Shown: positions 19,613-28,842 of the stretch, piece after piece
Layout of the letters: each line of letters starts with the position of its first letter
How positions within the stretch are numbered: position 1 is the first letter of the stretch
Assembly (NCBI GenBank): GCA_001817425.1
Contig: MHII01000006.1
Location: 1 to 56,985 of the forward strand
Direction of reading: 5' to 3'
Source of the DNA: Candidatus Buchananbacteria bacterium RIFCSPHIGHO2_02_FULL_39_17
Lineage (GTDB): Bacteria; Patescibacteriota; Patescibacteriia; Buchananbacterales; UBA6539
DNA: 56,985 bases
Notes under the pieces: model-generated
Databases searched by the model: none
What the model was told of the DNA's origin: nothing
What the model saw: the letters and a program-made list of their open reading frames with translations, nothing else
Translations under genes and position numbers: made by a program

Positions 19613-21187
19613 ATGAAACTCACCCCTATCATCGGATTAGAGATTCACGTTCAGCTAAAAACTAAATCCAAGATGTTTTGCGGCTGTGACAACAGCGGCG
19701 AAGACAAACCGGCGAATACGACGATTTGTCCAATTTGTCTTGGCCATCCCGGAGTTCTGCCGGTGGCCAACCGCCAAGCGATTGAATGGTCAGCGATGTC
19801 GGCTTTGGCTTTGAATTGCGAAATTCCCCAAACTTCAAAATTTGACCGCAAAAGTTATTTTTATCCCGACTTGCCAAAAAATTACCAAATCTCCCAATAC
19901 GATCAACCTCTTGGTGTTAGCGGCTACTTGATGATTCCGACCAAAAATGGAGAAAAAAAAATCGGCATTATTCGCCTCCATTTAGAAGAAGACGCCGCGA
20001 AAAATTTCCATTCTGCCGACGGCTCGCCTCGCTCGCCTAAAGGCGAAGCAAATGGCGAAGCGGGTAAAAATACTTTAGTTGATTACAACCGCGGCGGCAC
20101 GCCCCTAATGGAAATCGTCACCGAACCCGACCTGCGCTCGCCCCAAGAGGCAAAAACTTTTATGCAGGAGCTAAGGCTCATTATGCGCTATCTTAATGTC
20201 TCCGAAGCGGATATGGAAAAGGGCCACTTGCGCTGCGATGCCAATATTTCTTTGACCGACCAACCAGCAGAAAAAATTGACTTGAAAAAATTAAAACCAA
20301 AAACAGAAATTAAAAATTTAAACTCATTTAAAGCGGTTGAGCGCTCTTTGGAATATGAAATTAAAAGACAAGCAAAACTTTGGGCCGAAGGCCAAGCGCC
20401 AAAAAAGCAATCCACCCGCGGCTGGGACGAAGACGAAGGTATAACTGAAGATCAGCGAACCAAAGAGGAAGCGTCAGACTATCGCTATTTTCCCGAGCCA
20501 GATTTACCGCCAGTTAATTTCAACCCTCAAGCAAAAAATGGCATCAACCTGCAAATTTTACAAAACAAGTTGGGCGAGCTGCCCCAAAAAAAGCGCCGGC
20601 GTTTTATTCAAGAATTTGACTTAACCGCAGAAAATGCTAAGATTTTAACGGATGATGAAAGATTGGCTAATTTTTTTGAACAAGTAATTTCCGAATTGCA
20701 AGCTTGGTTGATTTCCTTAGGCGAAGCCGAAGGCACGGCCGAGGAGATCTGGCAAAAAAATAAGGCAAAACTTTCCAAACTAACCAGCAATTGGCTGATT
20801 AATAAACTTTTAGCTCTAATCTATAAGGATGGCAAACAAATCAAGGATTGCCCGCAGATCACCGCGGAAAATTTTGCCGAATTTATTACCTTAGTTCATC
20901 AAAATAAAATTAATTCAACGATTGCCCAAAAAATCTTAGAAAAAATGTACCAAACCGGAAAAGATCCATCGGTTATTATAACCGAAGAAGACTTGCAAGG
21001 CGGCCATGATGAAACCGCGCTAGAACAAATGATTGAAAAAATTATTAATCAAAGCCCAAAAGAAGTTGAACAATATAAAAAAGGCAAAGTAACTTTGCTC
21101 CAATATTTTATTGGTCAAGTCATGCGGGAAACTAAAGGCAAGGCCGACCCCCAGACAATTAAAAAAATTTTAATTAATAAATTATAA
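19613..21187 (+). CDS. gatB: Asp/Glu-tRNA amidotransferase subunit B
   Basis: Motifs IGLEIHVQL, CPICLGHPGVLP, LHLEEDA and VDYNRGGTPLMEIV, plus the C-terminal YqeY-like tail. Confidence 0.95.
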   Translation: MKLTPIIGLEIHVQLKTKSKMFCGCDNSGEDKPANTTICPICLGHPGVLPVANRQAIEWSAMSALALNCEIPQTSKFDRKSYFYPDLPKNYQISQYDQPLGVSGYLMIPTKNGEKKIGIIRLHLEEDAAKNFHSADGSPRSPKGEANGEAGKNTLVDYNRGGTPLMEIVTEPDLRSPQEAKTFMQELRLIMRYLNVSEADMEKGHLRCDANISLTDQPAEKIDLKKLKPKTEIKNLNSFKAVERSLEYEIKRQAKLWAEGQAPKKQSTRGWDEDEGITEDQRTKEEASDYRYFPEPDLPPVNFNPQAKNGINLQILQNKLGELPQKKRRRFIQEFDLTAENAKILTDDERLANFFEQVISELQAWLISLGEAEGTAEEIWQKNKAKLSKLTSNWLINKLLALIYKDGKQIKDCPQITAENFAEFITLVHQNKINSTIAQKILEKMYQTGKDPSVIITEEDLQGGHDETALEQMIEKIINQSPKEVEQYKKGKVTLLQYFIGQVMRETKGKADPQTIKKILINKL

Positions 21188-21191
21188 TAAT

Positions 21192-21509
21192 ATGGCGATG
21201 GAAAGAGCCGATATTTCCTTTGCGGCCGAAGAAAAAAAACGACAAGGCGAAGAAGAAGCCGATCTCACGCCAAAAGTAGAACAATCTTTGAAAATTTTAA
21301 AGGAAAGATTAGCGATGGTAAAAAAATATGATTCAACAGCATTAGTTGATTCTTCAGTGAGAATCACGCGAGACTGTTTAGACGGCGCCCGTTATCTGGT
21401 AACATCAGGAGAATATGACCGCTTAACACCAGCAGAACAAGAATATGTCGATGGCATTATTGAAACAGCTGGTTTACATGATTTAGGAGACGAAAAATTA
21501 AGAGAATAG
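21192..21509 (+). CDS. acidic hypothetical protein
   Basis: 105-aa ORF starting 5 nt after gatB. No family recognised. Confidence 0.45.
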   Translation: MAMERADISFAAEEKKRQGEEEADLTPKVEQSLKILKERLAMVKKYDSTALVDSSVRITRDCLDGARYLVTSGEYDRLTPAEQEYVDGIIETAGLHDLGDEKLRE

Positions 21510-21608
21510 AAAAAATACAACTAGAAACTCTAACCTTAATCGGTTTGAGTTTTTAATTAGACTTAAATTAATTTAAATGCTAAAATCAGAAAAGCTCATT
21601 GAAGGGAG

Positions 21609-21884
21609 GTGGTTATCTTGAGCGCTAATGCTTTAGCCGAATTTTTGACTGGACAAGGCTTGCCTCAGAGATTGGGTTGCCGGCACTTTGGCAATGGCGA
21701 TGTTTCCACTTGTTCTCATTGTGGTCAGATTGTTAGAGAATTGGTGGATTATCTTCTCCAAAGAATTTTTACCGTCCAGCAACTTGAGGCGATTAAAGAT
21801 CACCAGAGACCACGATTAGTGTCGGCAATAATCGAGGCCGTTTTAGCCAGAAGTAACGGGAGGGAGGGAAAACGAGATGGCTAA
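21609..21884 (+). CDS. hypothetical protein
   Basis: SD GGGAGGTGG sits at the GTG/TTG start and a terminator follows. Confidence 0.45.
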   Translation: MVILSANALAEFLTGQGLPQRLGCRHFGNGDVSTCSHCGQIVRELVDYLLQRIFTVQQLEAIKDHQRPRLVSAIIEAVLARSNGREGKRDG

Positions 21885-21904
21885 AACCAAGTGGCCACCA
21901 TTCT

Positions 21905-21942
21905 AAAGGACAGCACGAAATTTTGCTGTCCTTTATTTTTTT
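21905..21942 (+). terminator. intrinsic terminator (overlaps the miaA 3' end)
   Basis: AGGACAGCA..TGCTGTCCT followed by a T-run. Confidence 0.7.
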
Positions 21943-22937
21943 AAAAATTTAACAACGGTTTTAATGGCCTGATTAGAACTTTCAATCCACTTTATTTCTG
22001 CTGCCAATTGATGCTGAAACCATGTCATTTGCCTTTTGGCAAAATGAAAAATTTCTTTTTTTAATTGTTCAACCATTGTTTGATAACGAATTTCACCTTT
22101 AAGATATTTAGCAACCCAGCGATATTCCAAGCCAAAATCATCCAATCGTTGCCAGCTTAAATCTTGCTTATGCCAACGTTTCACTTCATTAATTAACCCC
22201 TGTTTTAAGCGCTCTGCTAAACGCTTGGCAATTCTCTTTTTCAAAATCGGATATGGATAAGTTAAACCTAAAAGCAAAAAATTGTATGACGGTTTTTGTT
22301 TTTTTAATTGCGCTGATTTGGGCCGACCGGTCTGATAATAAATTTCTAGCGCCCGTTGGACCCGCCGCCGATTTTTTTTATCAATGACTTGATAAGTTTT
22401 AAGGTCAATTTGCTTCAATTGTGCCAATAATTTTCCTAAAGTCAACTGATTAAGCCTGATTCTTAAATTTTGATTTTTGATTTTTGATTTTTGATTTTTT
22501 TCCGCCTCCGGCGGAAAATTGTATCCTTCAATTAAGGCGGAGATATATAATCCCGTGCCGCCGCAGACAATCGGTAATTTTTTTCTTTTTAAAATCTCTT
22601 CAATTTTTTGATAAGCCAATTTCTGCCACTTGGCCACGGTAAACTGCCTTTTCGGCGAAACAATATCAATCAAATGGTAAGGAATCTGAACCATTTTGGG
22701 ATTTGGGTATTGAAATTTGTAATTTATTTGAGATTTGAGATTTGAGATTTGAGATTTGACGACGTAGTCGTCCAAGTCTTTCCCCGTTCCAATATCCATC
22801 CCTTTGTAGACTTGCCGTGAATCAGCCGAAATAATTTCACCATTGAATTTCCTGGCTAATCTAACCGCCAGTTTGGTTTTGCCCGACGCCGTAGGGCCCA
22901 AAACCACAATTATTTTTGGATTTATTTCTTTAACCAT
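21933..22937 (-). CDS. miaA: tRNA dimethylallyltransferase
   Basis: Motifs GPTASGKT, IISADSRQVYKGMDIGTGK and YHLID. The start is set at MVKEINPK (22937). It carries two in-frame repeat insertions. Confidence 0.9.
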   Translation of the reverse strand: MVKEINPKIIVVLGPTASGKTKLAVRLARKFNGEIISADSRQVYKGMDIGTGKDLDDYVVKSQISNLKSQINYKFQYPNPKMVQIPYHLIDIVSPKRQFTVAKWQKLAYQKIEEILKRKKLPIVCGGTGLYISALIEGYNFPPEAEKNQKSKIKNQNLRIRLNQLTLGKLLAQLKQIDLKTYQVIDKKNRRRVQRALEIYYQTGRPKSAQLKKQKPSYNFLLLGLTYPYPILKKRIAKRLAERLKQGLINEVKRWHKQDLSWQRLDDFGLEYRWVAKYLKGEIRYQTMVEQLKKEIFHFAKRQMTWFQHQLAAEIKWIESSNQAIKTVVKFLKK

Positions 22938-23143
22938 ACCAACCAATTTTAATTTATTTTTATTAAATCCCGCACCTTTTTCCAAGGGATTAAACCTCAA
23001 AGAAAGTCTGTTTGTCTTCGTTCGCCTAAGATAAGCGAGGATATTCGGAAAAGGTGCGGGATAAATCAACCCAGCCCTTCGCGAAGGGCTGGGTTAAAAG
23101 ACGGGTCTAAAGGTCCCGATCTAAATTCAAAATTGACTAAATT

Positions 23144-24124
23144 TTAATTATCATTTGACTCATTGTCATCATTTTTTCCTGAATTATCATCACTGCTGCC
23201 GCGCCGCCCTTCTTTTTCCTCTCGCCGTTCCTCCATCCGCTCCTTGGCTCGCCTCATGATCACAGGCAGACTCGGCAAAGAATTTGGCACTTGACTACGA
23301 GTACGCTCTAAAATCTGCTGGGTAGTGGTTGCATCATCTAAGTTTTCCAAATAATCTTGAACTCTTTCCACTCTCTCCTCAAAAGTCATTTCCCGAAACT
23401 CTTCGCCTAAGCGCTTCAAAGTATTGGATTGGGCGCGGATAATCGCCTCTCCGGCTTGTTCAGAAACTTTATCTTTTAAACGCTCCAGAACTTGAAGATT
23501 GTAAAGATTCTTTTCCGTTGACGTCGCCGTATTCTCTAAGGCATTTTTAATTCTGGTTTCAATTTTTTCTAAGTCATTGTCTTCTAAAATTTCACCCCAA
23601 CGTTGAAGCATCCGTTCCCGCATCGCTTCCATTTTTTCAGCGTTTAATTTTTCTTCCAGGCGCTGCAAAATCCGCTGACGGATAAATTCCTGTTTGGTAA
23701 ATTGATTAACTAATCGCTCTACTCTTTCTTGAGTTTTATCTTGGACTTTGGCCAAATGTTCTTTTAATTTATTAATTTCTTTTTCATATTTGGCTAAAAT
23801 CCGATCCAGATGTTCTGGCGTAATCGTCCCTTCATCAGCAAGTTCTTGCAGCTCAGCCAGTCTTTCATTGGCGGTTTGTAAACGCATCTCGGCTTTTTTG
23901 ATTGGATCAAAGGTTGCCCACTGCCGAACACTGCGCCACAAACTTTTTGCCCAGTACCACGGGCTGTTGGGTAAAACTTTTGGTTCGCCAATATCTAAAT
24001 CATCATCAACTGGCGGGGTGGAAGTCGCGGTGGTGGTCGCCGTAGTGCTGTTTATATCTTGCGCCAAAATCGGCAAAGGCAGAATTAAACTTAAAATGAC
24101 AAAGGTAAAAAATAATTTTTTCAT
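23144..24124 (-). CDS. secreted coiled-coil protein (DUF5667-like, from memory)
   Basis: Signal peptide, PNSPWYWAKSLWRSV, a long charged helical region and an acidic tail. Confidence 0.6.
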   Translation of the reverse strand: MKKLFFTFVILSLILPLPILAQDINSTTATTTATSTPPVDDDLDIGEPKVLPNSPWYWAKSLWRSVRQWATFDPIKKAEMRLQTANERLAELQELADEGTITPEHLDRILAKYEKEINKLKEHLAKVQDKTQERVERLVNQFTKQEFIRQRILQRLEEKLNAEKMEAMRERMLQRWGEILEDNDLEKIETRIKNALENTATSTEKNLYNLQVLERLKDKVSEQAGEAIIRAQSNTLKRLGEEFREMTFEERVERVQDYLENLDDATTTQQILERTRSQVPNSLPSLPVIMRRAKERMEERREEKEGRRGSSDDNSGKNDDNESNDN

Positions 24125-24358
24125 AATTTTTGTTATGATTTATTTTATTGCTAATTTATTTATATTTTTATTTGACTCGACCTTAGTCAAATCTTTACTC
24201 ACATTATACTATTTATACACTTATTTGGGAAAATTGACAAAAATTTAACTTTATGCTATGCTAACATGTCTGTAAATTACGAACATTTGCTCTTCAAAAG
24301 CCAAGCTATTATGGCTTGGTAAAACATGGGGAAACAAAAAGAACGGAAGGAAAAGGTA

Positions 24359-25192
24359 ATGAAAACGCAACGTTTAATAGCGGTGGTGGCAGTAATGATG
24401 TTGGCTTTGGTCGGATGTCCCGAAGCGCCCATCGTTCCGGGCAACGGCGACGGCAACGATCAAGTCTTGACCGGCAGTTTGCTGGTCAAGGGAGATTTGT
24501 ACGGCCGCGACGGAAGCAAGGTGTTATCCCAAGATGACATGATTCAAATCGGAGAAGCCTTTATTGAGAAGGCTACTAGTATTGAGATTTATCTCAATGA
24601 TCCCAAAGACTACTCCAACTATCGCCGGTTTTCCATCCCAGTGGTGGACGGCCGATTTGAAGGCACCTGCAATGGTATTGTCCCGGGTACCTATGATGTC
24701 CGGGTCAGCGTCGTTGACAAAAATTACTATATCCTGTTTACCACATACGAAAGCAATACCGTCGTAATTGAAGCGGGAGAAACCAGTAGTCTCTTGTTAC
24801 AACTGGAATTTCTCTCGAGATACACGTTTAGGGTTATGATGAATGGCCTGCCCGGCAGTTACGACAAGGATGGCAACGCCATGATCCTTAATCAAAATGG
24901 CAATCACCATTACGCTTGGTGGTGGCGTGACAGTATTGAAGAACCGTTAGTCTTCAATTGCTCTCTGCCGTTGGACTTTGAAGGCGGCGCGCTTCAAGTG
25001 TTAGACCAAAACGGCGATGAGCAATGGGCCGACTTGCCACTCGTCCCCATCGACTTGGACTGGGAAACTTATAACTTCGGCGACGTGTTGGTCTTTGACT
25101 ATGTGCCGCCGACGTGGTTGGGTGGGCTAGACATTGACATCGTGTTCCCTTGGGAAGGCCCGAATCCGCCGATCCCCGTGCCCATCCCATAG
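24359..25192 (+). CDS. lipoprotein, GC-rich, unknown function
   Basis: SD GGAAGGAAAAGG and lipobox LALVGC. Its composition clearly differs from its neighbours. Confidence 0.65.
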   Translation: MKTQRLIAVVAVMMLALVGCPEAPIVPGNGDGNDQVLTGSLLVKGDLYGRDGSKVLSQDDMIQIGEAFIEKATSIEIYLNDPKDYSNYRRFSIPVVDGRFEGTCNGIVPGTYDVRVSVVDKNYYILFTTYESNTVVIEAGETSSLLLQLEFLSRYTFRVMMNGLPGSYDKDGNAMILNQNGNHHYAWWWRDSIEEPLVFNCSLPLDFEGGALQVLDQNGDEQWADLPLVPIDLDWETYNFGDVLVFDYVPPTWLGGLDIDIVFPWEGPNPPIPVPIP

Positions 25193-25368
25193 TCATATCC
25201 GCTGATAAGCGGCATTGACTTGAAAGTATTGACCCCGCCTCTGGCGCTTGCGCTCGAGACGGGGTTTCTTTTTAAAATATAATGCCAATAATGCGAATTT
25301 GTACGAATGATACTAATATTCGTATATTCGTAGCATTCGCATATCATTCGTAGATTGGCATTATATTA

Positions 25369-27141
25369 TTATTTCTTCTCCTTAATCTCTTTAGCCACTT
25401 GTTCAATAAATTTTTTCCGATTGACTGTTGCCACTTCTTTTTGCCCGCGGATGCGAACATTTAAATTTTTGCTCTTGGCTTCTTTTTCGCCAATCACTAA
25501 CATATAAGGCACTTTTTGCTTTTCCCCTTTTCTGATTTTATAACCAACGGTTTCATTCAAATCATCAAGCCAAACGCGAATACCAGAATTTTCCAATTCG
25601 CTAGTTAATTCGGCCGCCGCTTGGAAAAAATCTTTACTCACCGGAATAATTTGAACTTGCACCGGCGCCAGCCAAAGCGGAAACGCGCCTGCGTAATTTT
25701 CAATTAAAATGCTTAAAAACCGCTCAAATGAACCGGCCACGGCCTGATGAATCATTACTGGTTGGACGCGCTCGCCTTTTTCATCAATGTATTCAAGTTG
25801 AAAACGGTTAGGCATGTTAAAATCAAGCTGAATCGTGGCTAATTGCCATTTGCGACCAATCGAGTCTTTGGCTTCAAAATCAATTTTGGGCCCGTAAAAA
25901 GCGGCCTCGCCTTCAATCTCCTCAAAATGTTTGACTCGTTTTTTCAAAATCCGGCGCAGTTGATCTTCGGCTTTTGCCCACACTCTCCGCTCGCCAATAT
26001 ACTTGTCCGGATTTTTTGGATCGCTTAAAGACAGGCGCGGGATTAATTCCATTTTAAAAGTCCGATAAAATTCCGCAATAATATCGTAAATTAAGTTGAC
26101 CTCTTGCTCAATTTGGTCATAGCGGCAAAAACAATGAGCATCGTCAATGGTAATTGAACGCACCCGCGACAAGCCATGAAGCTGTCCGGCTTTTTCATCG
26201 CGATACATTGCCGTCACTTCAAAATAACGAATCGGCAATTCGCGATAACTGCGCTGGCGGCTGGCGTAAATTTGAGTATGATGCGGACAATTCATCGGTT
26301 TTAAAACAAAAATTTCTTCGCCCTTGCTGGCAACGTGAAAAATATCATCGCCGAATTTATCCCAATGACCGGAAACTTGATAAAGCTCTTTTTTCGCCAA
26401 ATGCGGAATCCAAACTTTTTGGTAACCGCGCGGAATCTGAAGCTCGGTTAGATAATTTTCAATTTCATTTCTGATGATGGTGCCGCGCGGGGTAAACATC
26501 GGCAATCCACCGCCGACTAAATCCGAAAAGGTAAATAAATCCAATTCTTGACCGAGTTTGCGGTGATCTCGTTCTTCGGCTTGCTTTAATTGCTCCAAAT
26601 AATCATTCAGTTCTTTTTCTGAAGTAAAGGCCGTGCCGTAAATTCGCTGCAGCATTTTATTTTTTTCATCGCCGCGCCAATAAGCCCCGGCGATTTTCAA
26701 AAGCTTAATCGCGCCGATTTCTTTGGTTAAATTTATATGGCCGCCGGCGCACAAATCAATAAATTTTTCTTTGCCCGAGTGGTCAATCATTTTGTTAAGG
26801 CCGACTTTTTTCTCACCCTGTTTTTTAAATTCCATCGCTAATTCCACTTTATACGGCTGTTTTTTAGTTTTAAAAAATTTAATCGCTTCCTCCGCCGTCA
26901 TTTCCGATTGCTCCATTTTCTGATTTTGCTTGATAATTTCCCGCATTTTTTTCTCCAGCCAGTCTAAATCAGCTTCCGTAAAAGTCTTACCGCCTAAATC
27001 AAAATCATAATAAAACCCCGTGTCAATCGCCGGGCCAATGGCGAGCTTAGCTTGGGGATAGCGCTCCAAAACCGCTTGGGCTAAAACATGGCTGGCGGAG
27101 TGGCGGATTGATTCTAAATTTTTTGACATAAAATTAAACAT
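25369..27141 (-). CDS. thrS: threonine-tRNA ligase (short N-terminus)
   Basis: Class II motifs are present: RHSASHVLAQAV, FRDEKAGQLHGLSRVR and GPKIDF, plus the anticodon-binding C-terminus. Confidence 0.95.
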   Translation of the reverse strand: MFNFMSKNLESIRHSASHVLAQAVLERYPQAKLAIGPAIDTGFYYDFDLGGKTFTEADLDWLEKKMREIIKQNQKMEQSEMTAEEAIKFFKTKKQPYKVELAMEFKKQGEKKVGLNKMIDHSGKEKFIDLCAGGHINLTKEIGAIKLLKIAGAYWRGDEKNKMLQRIYGTAFTSEKELNDYLEQLKQAEERDHRKLGQELDLFTFSDLVGGGLPMFTPRGTIIRNEIENYLTELQIPRGYQKVWIPHLAKKELYQVSGHWDKFGDDIFHVASKGEEIFVLKPMNCPHHTQIYASRQRSYRELPIRYFEVTAMYRDEKAGQLHGLSRVRSITIDDAHCFCRYDQIEQEVNLIYDIIAEFYRTFKMELIPRLSLSDPKNPDKYIGERRVWAKAEDQLRRILKKRVKHFEEIEGEAAFYGPKIDFEAKDSIGRKWQLATIQLDFNMPNRFQLEYIDEKGERVQPVMIHQAVAGSFERFLSILIENYAGAFPLWLAPVQVQIIPVSKDFFQAAAELTSELENSGIRVWLDDLNETVGYKIRKGEKQKVPYMLVIGEKEAKSKNLNVRIRGQKEVATVNRKKFIEQVAKEIKEKK

Positions 27142-27202
27142 TAAAAATAAAAAATTAAAAACACAAATTAAATCTAAAATGTTTCATTTTTGATTTGTAT
27201 AT

Positions 27203-27769
27203 TTATTTTTTAATCTTTAATTTTTTATTTTCTAAAATATCTGACTTTAATATTCCCATCATCACTTCATCATGCCACGCGCCGTCGCGAAAAGTGTGGT
27301 CGCGCTGCCGGCCTTCTAATTTAAAACCGATTTTTTTGTATGATTTCTGGCCGCGGATATTATAAGCAATAAAACGGAGATAGATCCGGTGCAGTTTTAA
27401 TTTTTTAAAACCATAATCAATTATTAATTTTCCCGCTTCCGTGCCATAACCTTGACCCCAATAGCGCTGGTCACCAATAAAAATACCATATTCCGCCCGC
27501 CGATGATATCGGTCAATTTTATTTAAGCCAATAGAACCAATTAGTTTGCCTTCGGTGGTGGTAATCGCTAAACGCAAATTATTTTTGTCGCGCCGGGCTT
27601 CCTTAATCCATTCAATTTCTTCTTTTAAAGCCGGCGGCGGCAGTTCGTAAATCGCCAAAAATTTGGTCACTTCCCGATCTTTTAACCAGCGGCAAAACCA
27701 CGGCGCGTCTTTCAAAGATAATGGACGCAGGACCACTGATCTTCCTTTAATAATTACTTTCTTTAACAT
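27203..27769 (-). CDS. GNAT family N-acetyltransferase (RimJ/RimL-like)
   Basis: YWGQGYGTEA and the surrounding GNAT core pattern. Confidence 0.8.
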   Translation of the reverse strand: MLKKVIIKGRSVVLRPLSLKDAPWFCRWLKDREVTKFLAIYELPPPALKEEIEWIKEARRDKNNLRLAITTTEGKLIGSIGLNKIDRYHRRAEYGIFIGDQRYWGQGYGTEAGKLIIDYGFKKLKLHRIYLRFIAYNIRGQKSYKKIGFKLEGRQRDHTFRDGAWHDEVMMGILKSDILENKKLKIKK

Positions 27770-27777
27770 ATCTGAAT

Positions 27778-27857
27778 AGCAAGATAAGTTATCAGCAAGA
27801 TAAGCAAGATAAGAAAAACGACTTATCTTGCTGATAACTTATCTTGCTTATCTTGCT
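27778..27857. repeat. very long hairpin built from the 9-mer CAAGATAAG family
   Basis: AGCAAGATAAGTTATCAG (27778-27795) pairs perfectly with CTGATAACTTATCTTGCT (27831-27848). An inner CAAGATAAG/CTTATCTTG stem is also present. The structure ends 9 nt from the GNAT start codon. Confidence 0.8.
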
Positions 27858-28308
27858 TAAAAAAAATCCAACCAGAAAAATTTTTCTGCCTGGGCCCCGG
27901 CCTGAATTATTTCAGGTGTCATCCTGAACTTGTTTCAGGATCTCGAGGAGGTTCCACCCTGCGAAAATACTCAATTTATTAAATTTGCCTAAGGTTTAGT
28001 CCCGGACAATGGGAGGTTTTTCGCCGCGGAGCTGGTAACTCCGCCAATCACCTTTAGGTGATTTTATTATAAAACCAATCTGAACTGCTGTCAATAAATT
28101 TAATACTTAACTAGGAAACCTCCTTTAAATAAAAAAAGTGTCATTGCGAGTCCCGACGTCAAGTCGGGACGAGGCAATCCATATTTAAGGATTGCAGAGC
28201 CTATCTCGAGCCCTTCAATTTCATTCAGGCTAAACTCCAGCGAGAGATCTCCTCCTCCTCGCAATGACAAAATAGCAATTATTTGTTATTATTTAATTAA
28301 TAAAAAGT

Positions 28309-28337
28309 CAACAAGTTCGTATAAAACTAGTTGTATG
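28309..28337 (+). repeat. minimal attC/attI-like site (S0)
   Basis: CAACAAGTT-CGTATAA-AACTAGTTG, then G|TTGTATG. Confidence 0.45.
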
Positions 28338-28411
28338 TCATTTTGTTTTTTACAATCGCTATAAAAAAAGATAGATGGAACTTCATCTATCATATGGGTA
28401 AAGAATAATGG

Positions 28412-28567
28412 TCAATCCACAAGTGTGACGACTGACCAACTAGCCCCGCATTTACCACACCAGAATGGCGTTTTTGTCCGACGATTGCATTCTGGGCATT
28501 TGTAAGCTTCAGGTGGTAAATACAGGTCACCTTTATTCATCTTAGCTTTAGTTTTACATGCTGGCAT
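28412..28567 (-). CDS. 51-aa zinc-ribbon cassette protein
   Basis: SD GGAGGG lies 8 nt upstream. CPEC and CGKC pairs are present. Below the ORF-track cutoff. Confidence 0.5.
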   Translation of the reverse strand: MPACKTKAKMNKGDLYLPPEAYKCPECNRRTKTPFWCGKCGASWSVVTLVD

Positions 28568-28643
28568 AGCCTATACCCTCCATAAAGAACCATTTATATT
28601 ATTAAATAACTATTCTTGTTTGTCAAACAAAAAAACAAAACGA

Positions 28644-28799
28644 CATATAACACGGTTTATGTGATTCCCCTCTCGACTCGTCGCTATGCTCCTCACTCGA
28701 GGTTCACCCAAATTTTGATATTATTTCTGTGATTTACTCCGCAATATTATATCACAGAAATAATTATCAAAACTTCATATAAACTGGTAACGTTAGGTG
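28644..28799 (+). repeat. attC-like imperfect palindrome (S1)
   Basis: Starts CATATAAC-ACGGT-TTATGTG and ends CATATAA-ACTGGTAAC-G|TTAGGTG. Extra unpaired bases lie on the 3' arm. Confidence 0.6.
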
Positions 28800-28842
28800 A
28801 TATAAATTTTTATTTATTACTAATAATAAATGTATGGGTTTA

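Noticed and set aside
22440-22760. Heptamer and 9-mer tandem repeats (also 870-905, 12510-12545, 37674-37730, 51617-51650) as CRISPR arrays
   Set aside because: The units are 7-9 nt and directly adjacent with no spacers. They are simple tandem or palindromic repeats.
27858-28100. SRP RNA, tmRNA, RNase P or 6S RNA in the ORF-free regions (also 49219-49549 and 18716-19088)
   Set aside because: None of the hallmark cores was seen on either strand (GGAAGCAGC-type SRP domain IV, GAGGAAAGUCC P4, the tmRNA acceptor end UCCACCA).
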